A DNA stretch of 63,317 bases. Source: Pseudomonadota bacterium (GTDB lineage: Bacteria; Pseudomonadota; Alphaproteobacteria; Rhizobiales; JACESI01). Of the stretch, positions 16,957 to 27,000 are shown in pieces. Every line of letters starts with the position of its first letter. Positions within the stretch are counted from its first letter, which is position 1. A program made the translations under genes and the position numbers. The stretch lies in the NCBI GenBank assembly GCA_039181265.1, contig JBCDCU010000002.1, positions 1 through 63,317 on the forward strand, given 5' to 3'. The notes under the pieces were generated by a model, which was not told the origin of the DNA, did no database searches, and saw nothing but the letters and a program-made list of their open reading frames with translations.

Positions 16957-17204
16957 GAGCCCAATCCCGAAAAACAGAACCCGGTCGAGACATCCGTCAA
17001 TTCGCCGGTCAGCCATTGTGTGGCGGGCAGGGCGTCGTATCCGTCCTTTGGCCGTCCTAAAATGGCACAAGCGTGGTGACTGAATGGGTCTCCGAACACA
17101 ATATAGGAAGGTATTCGTTGAGAATCACAATGTGGCAGAAAGATCAATTCTGCGGCCACATCTTGAACAAAATCAGTCAGGATTTTGTGATCGCCAGTCA
17201 TCAA
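16953..17204 (-). CDS. Possible small hypothetical protein (83 aa)
   Basis: The ORF sits in an otherwise empty 340-bp gap and has protein-like composition. I recognise no homology. Confidence 0.3.
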   Translation of the reverse strand: MMTGDHKILTDFVQDVAAELIFLPHCDSQRIPSYIVFGDPFSHHACAILGRPKDGYDALPATQWLTGELTDVSTGFCFSGLGS

Positions 17205-17312
17205 TTTATCAAATTGAAAGTATTTTTGATGTGATACTCAGGATATGATGTGGAATGACACGCATCATAAATAAGTGCATTCCAGATTGTTTTAATAATG
17301 GGACAAAAGAAC

Positions 17313-18071
17313 ATGAACAAATCTGTCATTGCGGCTGCTTCATTGTCAGTCGCCGCTCTGCTGGGTGCCGGGACCGGTCACGCCGCAGATCTCGGACTGC
17401 CGGCTCCTGCGGCCCCTGAGCCTTTCGTTGCCGCACCCGGCGGGCTTTATGTGTCGGTCTTTGGCGGCGCTAACATTCCGACCGGTGATGATGTTTTTAC
17501 GAATGGCATCACGAGTGTCGAGATTGATCGTGACCTTGGTTTCCAGGTCGGCGGCGCAGTCGGTTATAAATGGTCCAATTTCAATTACGGACCGGTAACG
17601 CCGCGTACCGAAGTGGAATTTTCCTATTTCGACAACAGTGTCGGTGAGTTGGACTTCTCGGGAAATGCCGTTTCCCCGGATATCCTGGTTGGCGACACCG
17701 ACGTCAGAGGCTTTAACGTTCTCGGCAATCTTTATCTCGACTTCGATGATTTGCTTGGCGAGGGTATCACGCCCTATGTTGTCGGTGGCGTCGGTATCCA
17801 GCGGACAAATCTCAATCTTGTCTATGCGCCCGGTGTGTTCGCCAATCTTGATGATAGCAGCACAAACTTTCTCTGGAGCATTGGCGCCGGTGGCAGCATC
17901 GATGTCACAGACAATGTTTCGTTCTTCGCCGATGCGCGCTTTCAGCAAGCCGTCAATGTTGACAGTGTGAGGCGCTTTGGTTCTGTGCCAGTCGTTGGCG
18001 CAGGGGGCGGCACGTTTGAAGATGACATCAACAATGTCGTCGTGAGAGGCGGTCTGAGCTACCGGTTCTAG
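17313..18071 (+). CDS. Outer-membrane beta-barrel protein, Omp25/Omp31/RopB-type porin family
   Basis: It has a signal peptide (MNKSVIAAASLSVAALLGAGTGHA), an alternating beta-strand pattern, and the C-terminal sequence GGLSYRF. Confidence 0.85.
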   Translation: MNKSVIAAASLSVAALLGAGTGHAADLGLPAPAAPEPFVAAPGGLYVSVFGGANIPTGDDVFTNGITSVEIDRDLGFQVGGAVGYKWSNFNYGPVTPRTEVEFSYFDNSVGELDFSGNAVSPDILVGDTDVRGFNVLGNLYLDFDDLLGEGITPYVVGGVGIQRTNLNLVYAPGVFANLDDSSTNFLWSIGAGGSIDVTDNVSFFADARFQQAVNVDSVRRFGSVPVVGAGGGTFEDDINNVVVRGGLSYRF

Positions 18072-18437
18072 CGAGCCTCACGCCCGGACCCATAACGCCC
18101 CCGGTTTTGGAAAGACCGAGGCACGATGGGCCGCATGGGTGCGGGTAGCAAAGACAAAGCCCTTATTGGGCATTTGAAGAAGGCGGGCATTGGCTCGCCT
18201 TTTTTTGTATCTGACCGTATGCCCCGATTTCATAGTTCTCCGTTTCTCTCCCAAACGCCTTACGCCCTTCGGTTCGCAAAGGATCCATGCGGCGCGGCTC
18301 CTCATTGCCGCGATCAGCGAATCCGGTCCGGTTTGAGATAGATCATAGTCTGCCGGACTGTGGATCCTCATAGACAATGGAGGGGCCGAGAATCGGCTGG
18401 TCCATGATTAAGGAAGCAGCATTGAAACGGAGATGAA

Positions 18438-18713
18438 ATGATGTCCAAGACCGAAAATCAGATTGCCGTTTGGGCAACCGGTCCGACGGAAAAAGATGAA
18501 GATCGGATGTTCCTGATCCTTAATAAGACCTCTGGAACGATTTCTGCCCGGATCGAGAAAGACCGCGTTGATCCCGCGAGCGGAAGGCTCACATTCTCTA
18601 CCGAGGATATGGATCTTGAAGCGGCTCTCGCGTTGAGCGAACCGAAGGTCTTCGCGGCAAAGCTGCAGGAAAGGCTTGAGCTTCTTATGCAGGGTGGTTC
18701 CGAACCCGGTTAG
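18438..18713 (+). CDS. Hypothetical protein (91 aa)
   Basis: A GGAG Shine-Dalgarno lies 8 nt upstream of the ATGATG. I recognise no domain. Confidence 0.5.
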   Translation: MMSKTENQIAVWATGPTEKDEDRMFLILNKTSGTISARIEKDRVDPASGRLTFSTEDMDLEAALALSEPKVFAAKLQERLELLMQGGSEPG

Positions 18714-18951
18714 ACATCTGTCGCGCAGCACATTGCATGACGGTCGAAGCCTTAGCTTTGAACGGGAGACCCCTTGGAAATCGTTGGTTTTTAGATCAAG
18801 CTGTCGCTTGAGGCGCCGCCTTCATAAGGTTTTCAGGGGGCGTTGCTGTCAGACGGGCGGGTACGCCCATCTGCAATTCATTTTTTTGATGCATTTTCTA
18901 TGCAGCGTCGTGCGCTTCGGCGCGCCTGATAGTCGATATGAGGGTACCGGC

Positions 18952-19959
18952 ATGTACGGTCTCACACGCCTGATCGTGGGTGTATCGGTTCTTCTTTTCC
19001 CCGTGGCCGTTTCATTGGCCGGTCCGGCGGATAAGCCCTGGGAAAAGGAAGAGTCGATCAAATATATCGGAGTCTGTGACGGATCGGCTGCTGTTCTCAT
19101 CGACGATAAAACCTTGCTCGTTGCCAATGATGAAACCACTGTTTTCCATAGTTTCGATGTTCTGGGCGGTCCGCCGGTCGCTTCCTTCGATATCAGCCAA
19201 TTCCTTGAGCTTGATCCGGATAATCCTGAAGTCGATTTCGAAGCGGTTGCGCGCGACGGTGACAGGCTTTGGTGGATCGGATCGCACGGTCTTAACGGTA
19301 AGGCGGAGAAACAGCCGAGCCGAAGGATCTTGGTCGCTACCAACGTTCCGCGCCGCGATCTCTCGGATCTGGCGCTCCAGTCCGCTCAGTATGATCTTCT
19401 TCCCACGCTGAAAACCCATTCCGGGCTCTCAGAAATTCTTACCAAGAAAGTTCTCAAGACCGCGCCAAAAAAGGGCGGGCTCAATATCGAAGGTCTTGCA
19501 ATTGCGCCTGATGGCAGCCTGGTGCTCGGCCTGCGGGCACCGCTTGCCAGTGCAAAGGGCAGGGAAGGCGACGCGCTAATCGTCAGTTTGTCGTTCAAGA
19601 ACAACGCCTGGTCTGTGTCCTCGTTCGAGCGGCTCCCACTCAAGGATCGGGGCATCCGCGATATGGTCTGGACCGGCGACGGGCTTATGATGATTGCGGG
19701 CGAAGTGGATGACGGCAGACCGTCGGTTCTGAGGATCTGGAATAAGGCGGAAAAGGTGGAGCCGATCGATGCGCCGTCCTTCAAGGGTTTTAACGCCGAG
19801 GCGCTCGTCAAGATCGGCGTAAAATGGCTGGTGATGAGCGACGACGGTTCGAAAAAGCGGTCCGCGGCGAATGGCAAAAAGGAAGATTGCAAAGATATCC
19901 AGGAAGATGGTGGCACCAAGGGCGTGTTCTTTCGCGGGCGTCTTTTGTCGCAGCGCTGA
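18952..19959 (+). CDS. Hypothetical secreted protein
   Basis: The internal ATG at 18952 gives the signal peptide MYGLTRLIVGVSVLLFPVAVSLAGPA. The upstream 92 codons of the listed ORF look non-coding. The mature part is repeat/propeller-like, with no family assignment. Confidence 0.7.
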   Translation: MYGLTRLIVGVSVLLFPVAVSLAGPADKPWEKEESIKYIGVCDGSAAVLIDDKTLLVANDETTVFHSFDVLGGPPVASFDISQFLELDPDNPEVDFEAVARDGDRLWWIGSHGLNGKAEKQPSRRILVATNVPRRDLSDLALQSAQYDLLPTLKTHSGLSEILTKKVLKTAPKKGGLNIEGLAIAPDGSLVLGLRAPLASAKGREGDALIVSLSFKNNAWSVSSFERLPLKDRGIRDMVWTGDGLMMIAGEVDDGRPSVLRIWNKAEKVEPIDAPSFKGFNAEALVKIGVKWLVMSDDGSKKRSAANGKKEDCKDIQEDGGTKGVFFRGRLLSQR

Positions 19960-20015
19960 AGGACCATCGAACGGCGTTTTTCGTTCGATAAGATTGCTCC
20001 TCGCCTAGGCGCCCC

Positions 20016-20930
20016 CTAAGCCAAAGCGCCCGCCATTTCCCCGATCAGCCACTCCGCGGCAGGGCCGGGTGCCATATCTTTCCTGTGGCAGGCATAAAGC
20101 GGTACACGCATGGCGTCCTGAGGTCTGGATGAGACTTTGAGTTCAACGAGAGCCCCGGCCTCCAGTGCGTCGCAGACGATATGGCGGGGGACGGTGCCCC
20201 AGCCAAGGCCCTCAAGAAGCATGTCCCGGCGAACCACAAGATCCGCCACCTCCCAGACATCCTGCACGAGCCGGTTCGGATAGCGAGGAAGCGCCCGTGA
20301 CGTCGGCACCAATTGCCTGTGACCGTCAAGATCGCTCTCAGTGAGGCCGTCGCCCATCTGAGCGAGCGGATGATCGGGCCGCGCAACAGCGACGACATCA
20401 ACCATGCCGACGGCCTTGGTGGTGAGCGCTTCATGAAGATCAGGGGCAAGGCTTGGCCGTCCGACGAGGCCAAGATCCGCCTGACCCTCCATCAGCAATT
20501 GCGGCGCACCGCCGACCTCTTCAACGAAGAGACGCAAACCGACGGACGGGAACTTTCCCTGAAACGCCTTCAACAGACTGATGATCGCGGGTCGTGGCAC
20601 GACAACGCTTATTGCGAGGAGAAGCTCTGTTTCTAGACCGGCGGCGATGGACCGCGCGCGGGCTTTTAAGTGATCGACGCGGCCTAATATCGTGCGAGCC
20701 TCCGCCAGAACAGCTTGCCCGGCTGGCGTAATCGTTGGCGTGCGGGTGGTTCGGTCAAAGAGCACGACGCCGATATCCATCTCAAGCCCCGCAATTGCGT
20801 GGCTCACCGCCGATTGGGCTCGGTCAAGGTTTTTGGCAGCTGCCGTGAAGCTTCCGGCGTCGTCGATTGCGACCAGCATACGGAGCTGATCAAGGGTGAG
20901 GCGTTCCAGCATAGCGCTCCTATCCATCAA
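20016..20930 (-). CDS. LysR-family transcriptional regulator
   Basis: The N-terminal HTH reads LDQLRMLVAIDDAGSFTAAAKNLDRAQSAVSHAIAGLE. It is divergent from the SDR gene. Confidence 0.9.
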   Translation of the reverse strand: MMDRSAMLERLTLDQLRMLVAIDDAGSFTAAAKNLDRAQSAVSHAIAGLEMDIGVVLFDRTTRTPTITPAGQAVLAEARTILGRVDHLKARARSIAAGLETELLLAISVVVPRPAIISLLKAFQGKFPSVGLRLFVEEVGGAPQLLMEGQADLGLVGRPSLAPDLHEALTTKAVGMVDVVAVARPDHPLAQMGDGLTESDLDGHRQLVPTSRALPRYPNRLVQDVWEVADLVVRRDMLLEGLGWGTVPRHIVCDALEAGALVELKVSSRPQDAMRVPLYACHRKDMAPGPAAEWLIGEMAGALA

Positions 20931-21075
20931 TCAAATAGATGAGAAGCGTCAATTTATTCGCAGTTCAAGCAAAAATACAGATGCATAAATTGAAGGTATG
21001 GCTGGTGACGGTTTTCTCGCCAGCGAAACCATTCAACAGATTTCATCGATTTTCAGATTGGAAAGGACGAAACAC

Positions 21076-21921
21076 ATGTCGACTATCACGCGTCGGACTG
21101 CATTGACGGGGATTGCAACGGCGGCTGTGACTTTAGCCACGGCGAAGACCGCTTCCTCTCAAACCGCTTCGGGTCCGCTTGCCGGAAAAGTGGCGATCAT
21201 CACAGGTGCAAGGCGCAATCAGGGACGGGCCTATGCCATTGAACTTGCCAAAATGGGGGCTGATCTCGTGCTCCATCACCATCGCGAGGATGGCGCTGCC
21301 GACACGGCTGAAACCGCGCGCTTTGTGGCGGAGGCCGGTGGACGGTCCGCGATTTCAATGGGGGATCTTGGCGATCCGGTGAATGCGGCAAAGCTCTTTG
21401 ATCTTGCGGAAGCCGAATTCGGCGGAGCCGATATTCTCATTCACACCGCAGGTGCGATTATCAAAAAGCCGGTCGCGGATTTCACCGATGCCGATTTCGA
21501 CCAGCTTCTGAACGACAATACGAAGACGACGTTTTACGTTATGCGGGAAGCGGCCCGGCGTTTGCGGGATGGTGGGCGTATCGTGGCTGTTGGAACGTCG
21601 CTCACCGCAGGCACGGCTCCGGCCTATGCCGTTTATGCCGCCACGAAGGCGCCCGTTGAGGAACTCACCAGAATGATGGCCCGTGAACTTGGAGCGCGCG
21701 GCATCACCGTCAACAATGTAGCGCCGGGACCGCTCGATAACAGCTTCTTCCATGCCGCAGAAACGGAACAGAGCGCGGCCTTTGCCGCGAGGCTCGCGCC
21801 GTCGGGACGGCTTGGCACCGAGGCCGATGTGGTCCCCGTTGTCGCCAATCTCGTGTCGGAAAGCGGCGGCTGGACGAACGGACAGACGCTCTTCGTCAAT
21901 GGCGGCTACGTCACCCGCTAG
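21076..21921 (+). CDS. SDR-family oxidoreductase with a twin-arginine signal peptide
   Basis: The ATG at 21076 follows AAAGGA. The N-terminus MSTITRRTALTGIATAAVTLATAKTASSQ is followed by a Rossmann motif (VAIITGARRNQG), YAATKAP (YxxxK) and VNNVAPGP. Confidence 0.85.
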   Translation: MSTITRRTALTGIATAAVTLATAKTASSQTASGPLAGKVAIITGARRNQGRAYAIELAKMGADLVLHHHREDGAADTAETARFVAEAGGRSAISMGDLGDPVNAAKLFDLAEAEFGGADILIHTAGAIIKKPVADFTDADFDQLLNDNTKTTFYVMREAARRLRDGGRIVAVGTSLTAGTAPAYAVYAATKAPVEELTRMMARELGARGITVNNVAPGPLDNSFFHAAETEQSAAFAARLAPSGRLGTEADVVPVVANLVSESGGWTNGQTLFVNGGYVTR

Positions 21922-22590
21922 GTTCCGAAGCCACCTACATTGAGTGAGGAATAGGGCGAGGGGCTCTCTGGGCCCCTCGGGACCCAATAAGACGCAGCCC
22001 GGCAGGCGGCGCTGGGAAACCGGGCCCCAGGGAGGCGAGGGCGCTATTTCAGCAGGCGTCCGCGGGCATATCTCTATCCGCAACCGGACCGTCGATAGAT
22101 TTCCGCGCGATCATCAAGTCGGCCATCGTCTCATGAATTTATCGTTTCACGTCCGAAGCCATCTCGATACCGTGAAACGAACGGGTGAGAAATTCGTCCA
22201 ACGATGGCCCCCCTTGATGATCGCGCACCACAAGCCGTTCAAGGGCGCCTTGCGGGAGGGAATTGCAACTTCGGCCCCAGCGAAACCGACGTGCGATAGC
22301 CCTAGAATGGATCAAGGATCCGGCAGAGGCTTTCACCAGATTGCTTTTTGTCCCAGCAAATTGCGGAACCTTTGCCCGCGCCTTGACTCGCCCCGGCGGT
22401 GACGGTTGTGTCCACGCAGTTTGACGGTTCGGTTGTGAAGGTCACCAGACTGCGGTGTGCCAGGACCCGAGCAGAGGCGCCGGTTTTGAACGGGTACGCG
22501 TGCAGGTAGCAATATCCCCAAATCGTTCTGTCGAGGCGCGCGTGTTAAAAGGAACATATCCTTAGGCAAAGAGGGGAGCGATTTCCATTG

Positions 22591-23511
22591 ATGTCAGTCG
22601 ACTCTCAGATCGATGTCATGTCGAGCGTGACGGATGTTGCGCTTGCGAAATACGCCGGCACGCCCATTAGTCTGGATTCCATCGCGCAAAACCGGAAGCA
22701 GGGCATCGCCGCGATCAAGACGACTGAATGCTTCCAGGAACTCGCCCATGAAGCCTGGCCGACCTACCTTGTTGTTCTGCCGACCCATATGCCGGATCCG
22801 GTTCGAAAGCTTGGTGGCGAATTGGGTCGCGGAAGCCGGGCGCGCATGGGTGCCTTCAGCGTGCTGCCGCCGGGTCGACCGGGGCATTGGGCTACCGAAC
22901 ATGGGCGAACATTCGAAACGGTGAAACTCCTCTTCACGCGTGAGTTTCTGCTGAATACAGCCCGTGACGTATTTGGCGATAAGACGGAAAACGTAGAGTT
23001 GCCTGATATCCATACCGGATCGGATCCTTTTCTGGTCCAGGTGATGAGCCAGATTGCGACTGAACTCGTCTCGAAAAACGGCCTGTCGGATTTATACCTG
23101 GAAAGCGTTTCCCATCTTCTCGTTCATCATCTGGTGCGCCACCATTCGACGCTCACTCAACTCAGCGAACGAGCGGGCCCGAGCCTCAATCGGCGGGCAA
23201 TCGACCGGACTTTGGACTTTATTGAAGAGCACCTTGACGAGACCATCACGATTGATGCAATGGCTGATGTCGCCGGTTTCAGTGCTTTCCATTTCCTCCG
23301 GGGCTTCAAGGCCGAGATGGGCGATACACCGCACCGTTACGTCATGAGCCGAAGGGTTGAGCGGTGCCGCGAATTGCTATCATCGACGGATGAGCCACTG
23401 GCGCATATTGCTTATGCGTGCGGATTTTCCAGTCAGGCGCATATGACGACGGTTTTTCGAGAAAGCGTCGGTGTGACGCCGGGCGATTATCGCCGGAAGG
23501 TGTCAGATTAG
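22591..23511 (+). CDS. AraC-family transcriptional regulator
   Basis: The C-terminal double HTH reads ITIDAMADVAGFSAFHFLRGFKAEMGDTPHRYVMSRRVERCRELL...ACGFSSQAHMTTVFRESVGVTPGDYRR. Confidence 0.8.
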   Translation: MSVDSQIDVMSSVTDVALAKYAGTPISLDSIAQNRKQGIAAIKTTECFQELAHEAWPTYLVVLPTHMPDPVRKLGGELGRGSRARMGAFSVLPPGRPGHWATEHGRTFETVKLLFTREFLLNTARDVFGDKTENVELPDIHTGSDPFLVQVMSQIATELVSKNGLSDLYLESVSHLLVHHLVRHHSTLTQLSERAGPSLNRRAIDRTLDFIEEHLDETITIDAMADVAGFSAFHFLRGFKAEMGDTPHRYVMSRRVERCRELLSSTDEPLAHIAYACGFSSQAHMTTVFRESVGVTPGDYRRKVSD

Positions 23512-23532
23512 GGGGCTAGAGTCGGAGAGGCT

Positions 23533-25125
23533 CTAACCCGCGAGATCAGCCCAGCTTAAATCGTATTTCTCAAGGTACTTCCTGAGCCGGTCGGCATCGT
23601 TGCGGCTCGTCTTGGTGGCGCGCGACGCTGAAAACAAAGTTCGACCGGCAGCGCTCAGGGATTTGCTCGCCCGGCAGATCCGGATCACAAGAGCAAGCTG
23701 CACCTTGTCGAAAGGATCGACGTTCTCTGCTTTCGTCCCAAGATAGCGCCGGGCAAGTTTGTCGTCCTTATCGTCTTCCGCGCTTTCCCACTGGTGCTTT
23801 AGAAACGCGATCTCGTGTTCAACCATCTGGGCGGTGATGCGGGCGCGGGGTGCGAGCGTACAAAGCCTCTGCAGAGATGCGCCGAGGTCGCGGAAATTGC
23901 CGAGCCATCTGGTGGCGGGGTCGGTCGCAAAGCGAATGTAGATCTGAAGCGCATCGGCATTAAAGCCGACACGATTGCCGAGCATGCGTTCGGCACGACG
24001 CAATTCGAATTCGATATTGGGCGCGATATCCTCGCGCCGGTCGCATAGCGACGGGAGCTCGAACGTCCATAGGTTCAGGCGGGCGAATAAATCGGCGCGG
24101 AACTTTCCTCTCGCAACAAGCGTGCTGAGGCTGCGGTTTGCGCCGGCTATCAGTTGAAACTTGCTGGTGATTTCATGGTCGGAGCCGAGCGGAAAGAATT
24201 TACCGGTTTCAATGGCGTGCAGGATCATCGCCTGCTCATCGAGGCCGAGCTCGTCGATCTCATCGAGGAACAAGACCCCGCCATCGGCCTCTCTCAAGAG
24301 ACCCCGGCGATCGTTCGGTGCGCCTGCCATCGCGCCGCGCCTGTGGCCGAACAAGGTCGACATGGCCCGTTCGCCTTTGAGCGTCGAGCAGTTCACATGG
24401 ACAAATCGGCCTTTCACCCGGCGGCGCTGGAGTTTGAGTTCATAAATCCGCTCGGCAAGTTCCGACTTTCCGGTTCCCGTAGAACCGAGGAGAAGAAGCG
24501 GTGCATCGCTTGTGGTTGAGACAAGTTCGATGCGCTCGATCAAAGCGTTGAAGCCTGCGTTCTTCGTGTCGATGCCGGATTTTAAGAGCGCGGTGTAATC
24601 ATCCGTCAGTTGATCGAAACGCTGCTGCAGCGCGTTATATTTGGAAAGGTCCAGATCGACGATATTGATCTCGCCGGTGATATCCTCATCCTCTTCCTGA
24701 CCCTTGATCCTGCGGGGCGGCGAGGTCTGCAACAACCGCGCGGGGATATGCCGGGATTCCGTCAACAGGAACCAGCAGATCTGCGCCACATGCGTGCCGG
24801 TCGTGAGATGAACGTGATATTCCTCGCGGTCCTCGTCGAAGCCATAGCCGCGGGCAAAATCGAACAAAGCGCCGTAGACTTCCTGGAAATCCCAGGGATC
24901 GCGCAGGTCGATCCGCTGCAACAAGACTTCGGTTGCCGCCTGATCTTCTTCGATCTCCCGCTTCAGGGAATGCGCGAGCTGGGAGAATTTCTGGTCGTAG
25001 AGGAGCTCCAGACGTTCGACTGGAAAGTCGACATGCTGAGTGAGCGCAATGGAGGGCCGCCAGCGGCGTTTTTTGCCAGCGTCCAGTTGCGTGCCCATAA
25101 ACCCTATAACGACGTTCTTCTTCAT
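23533..25125 (-). CDS. rtcR: RtcR, a CARF-domain AAA+ enhancer-binding-type regulator of the RNA-repair operon
   Basis: It is collinear with my recollection of E. coli RtcR: VIGFMGTQLD...RWRPSIAL, HLTTGTHVAQICWFLLTESRHIPARLLQTSPP, and DLDLSKYNALQQRF. The Walker A motif is GSTGTGKS. The C-terminus reads CRASKSLSAAGRTLF...NDADRLRKYL. Confidence 0.9.
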   Translation of the reverse strand: MKKNVVIGFMGTQLDAGKKRRWRPSIALTQHVDFPVERLELLYDQKFSQLAHSLKREIEEDQAATEVLLQRIDLRDPWDFQEVYGALFDFARGYGFDEDREEYHVHLTTGTHVAQICWFLLTESRHIPARLLQTSPPRRIKGQEEDEDITGEINIVDLDLSKYNALQQRFDQLTDDYTALLKSGIDTKNAGFNALIERIELVSTTSDAPLLLLGSTGTGKSELAERIYELKLQRRRVKGRFVHVNCSTLKGERAMSTLFGHRRGAMAGAPNDRRGLLREADGGVLFLDEIDELGLDEQAMILHAIETGKFFPLGSDHEITSKFQLIAGANRSLSTLVARGKFRADLFARLNLWTFELPSLCDRREDIAPNIEFELRRAERMLGNRVGFNADALQIYIRFATDPATRWLGNFRDLGASLQRLCTLAPRARITAQMVEHEIAFLKHQWESAEDDKDDKLARRYLGTKAENVDPFDKVQLALVIRICRASKSLSAAGRTLFSASRATKTSRNDADRLRKYLEKYDLSWADLAG

Positions 25126-25296
25126 GTCCTATCCAATAGAATAAAACTCTATAAAAAAGAATAAGATATTTCGTTTCGATTCTTGTGAAATAAAGAAAAG
25201 GGAAGAAAAACCAATAACTTATTGGATTGCGATTTTTTCTTTTTCCTGATCCCGGTTTCGCCGAAACTCGGGGCGTACAAACGAAGGAACAAGAAA

Positions 25297-26853
25297 ATGG
25301 CAAACAAATCCGTGTTTGCGTCGCTTCGAGGCCGGATGCTCCCGAAAGCTGATGCAGTCAACAAAATGGGGGCTCCGGCCTTTGCATATGAGGACCGGCA
25401 TAAACTCGCGCAACTGGCAATGACGGGTACACTGAGCGATTTGTATTATCAAGATGCTCAGCTTGAACTCGACACTGTGCTGGACGTCGCGGAGACAGTC
25501 GAACCGGAATTTCTCGCAAAGGCCGCAATTCACACCCGTGAAAAGGGTCATATGAAAGATATGCCGGCACTCTTGCTGGCGGTCCTGGCATCCCGTGACA
25601 AGCACTTGTTTGCGCGGGCTTTCCCAAGGATCGTGACGAACGGCAAGATGCTGCGCACTTTCGTGCAGATCATGCGCTCAGGTCAAACCGGCCGCAAGTC
25701 CTTGGGTACACGCCCGAAGGCACTTGTTGCCGGCTGGTTGAACGCTGCTTCTGACCGGCAGATCCTTGAAGCATCGATTGGTAACGATCCGTCTTTGGCA
25801 GATGTCATCAAGATTGTTCACCCGAAACCCGGTAACGCAGAGCGCGATGCTTTGTTTGCCTGGGCAATCGGAAAGCCATGCGATATCGCAAAGCTGCCGG
25901 AGGCGCTGCAAGACTATCTCGCCTACAAGGAAAACGGCGAGGGCTCTTTGCCGGATGTCCCGTTCCAGATGCTGACGCATCTGCCATTGTCGGTCGAGGA
26001 TTGGGCAAAGATTGCCCGCAGCGGAAGCTGGCAGATGGTGCGCATGAACCTCAACACGTTTGAGCGCCATGGTGTCTTTGGCATCGAGGGTATGACGGAG
26101 ACAATTGCGGCGATCCTGTGCGATCCGGCTCGCATCAAAAAGGCGCGGGTCTTCCCGTACCAGTTGATGACGGCCTACCAGTCGCTTTCTGCGGATATCC
26201 CTGCAGAAATCAGGGATGCTTTGCATGATGCAATGGAAATCGCCGTTGCGAACGTGCCGAAGATCAAGGGCAGGCTTGTTGTGTGTCCGGATGTTTCCGG
26301 CTCCATGCTGTCTCCGGTCACCGGATACCGCAGGGGCGCGACAACGGCGACCACGTTCGTGGATATCGCTGCACTGGTTGCGGCTGCCTTCTTGCGGCGC
26401 AATCGCAAGACTGAGGTTCTGCCGTTCGAGTTCAGGGTTCGCTCTGCGAAACTTGAAGCGCGCGACACGATCCTGACGAATGCGAAGCGCCTGGCAGGTC
26501 TTGCTGGTGGTGGAACGAACTGTTCCGCACCGCTGGAATGGTTGAACGAGCGCAAGGAAGTACCGGATCTGGTGGTCTTTGTATCGGACAACCAGTCCTG
26601 GGCGGATGCAGGCCAGAGCGTCCTGTCAACGCCGATGATGCAGAACTGGCAGAAGCTGAAAGCGCGGAACCCGCGTGCCAAACTGGTCTGTATCGATATC
26701 GCACCATACGGCACGACGCAGGCGTTAATCCGCAACGATGTCTTGAACATCGGCGGGTTTTCCGACGCGGTGTTCGATCAGATCGCAGCCTTCGCCGAAG
26801 ATCGGCACGGCCCGGAGCAATGGGTCGGTGAGATCGAGGCAATCGAGATCTGA
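25297..26853 (+). CDS. rsr: Ro60 ortholog Rsr (TROVE domain plus C-terminal vWA-like domain)
   Basis: The ATG at 25297 follows AAGGAA. The protein begins MANKSVFASLRG...NKMGAPAFAYEDRHKLAQLAMTGTLSDLYYQ. A vWA-like MIDAS motif is present (VCPDVSGSM). The position between rtcR and rtcB matches the known rsr locus layout. Confidence 0.9.
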   Translation: MANKSVFASLRGRMLPKADAVNKMGAPAFAYEDRHKLAQLAMTGTLSDLYYQDAQLELDTVLDVAETVEPEFLAKAAIHTREKGHMKDMPALLLAVLASRDKHLFARAFPRIVTNGKMLRTFVQIMRSGQTGRKSLGTRPKALVAGWLNAASDRQILEASIGNDPSLADVIKIVHPKPGNAERDALFAWAIGKPCDIAKLPEALQDYLAYKENGEGSLPDVPFQMLTHLPLSVEDWAKIARSGSWQMVRMNLNTFERHGVFGIEGMTETIAAILCDPARIKKARVFPYQLMTAYQSLSADIPAEIRDALHDAMEIAVANVPKIKGRLVVCPDVSGSMLSPVTGYRRGATTATTFVDIAALVAAAFLRRNRKTEVLPFEFRVRSAKLEARDTILTNAKRLAGLAGGGTNCSAPLEWLNERKEVPDLVVFVSDNQSWADAGQSVLSTPMMQNWQKLKARNPRAKLVCIDIAPYGTTQALIRNDVLNIGGFSDAVFDQIAAFAEDRHGPEQWVGEIEAIEI

Positions 26854-26911
26854 CGCAACAAGGAACCGGGAGCGGGTCGTGTGATCCGCTCCCAAGTAAG
26901 AAACAGAATTC

Positions 26912-26979
26912 TCCCGGTGAATGCCGATGGAACTCCATCCTTTTGATACCAACGTTTCATCGAAACCTTGTCACCGGGA
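26912..26979 (+). ncRNA. Y-RNA-like module 1 (short, YrlB-like stem-loop)
   Basis: A 9-bp closing helix pairs TCCCGGTGA (26912-26920) with TCACCGGGA (26971-26979). Inside it are two small hairpins (GATGG/CCATC and GTTTC/GAAAC). The flanking motifs GAATGCC and ACCTTGTC are shared with module 2. The true 5' and 3' ends are unknown. Confidence 0.55.
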
Positions 26980-27000
26980 CCAACTTGAAAGGGATTCTTT

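Noticed and set aside
21922-22590. A 670-bp gap between the SDR and AraC genes containing ORFs 21944-22402(+), 22139-22336(-) and 22333-22569(-). I considered it as a missed gene or pseudogene.
   Set aside because: The translations are R/G/P-rich and lack any recognisable motif in any frame that I could read. I could not reconstruct a multi-frame protein as I did for the SDR relic. It is left unannotated, and a blastx would settle it.
25221-25240. TTGGATTGCGATTTTTTC as a sigma54 -24/-12 promoter for rsr.
   Set aside because: The GG-to-GC spacing is wrong: the TTGC-like element starts 4 nt after the GG instead of 9. The -12 position falls in a T-run.
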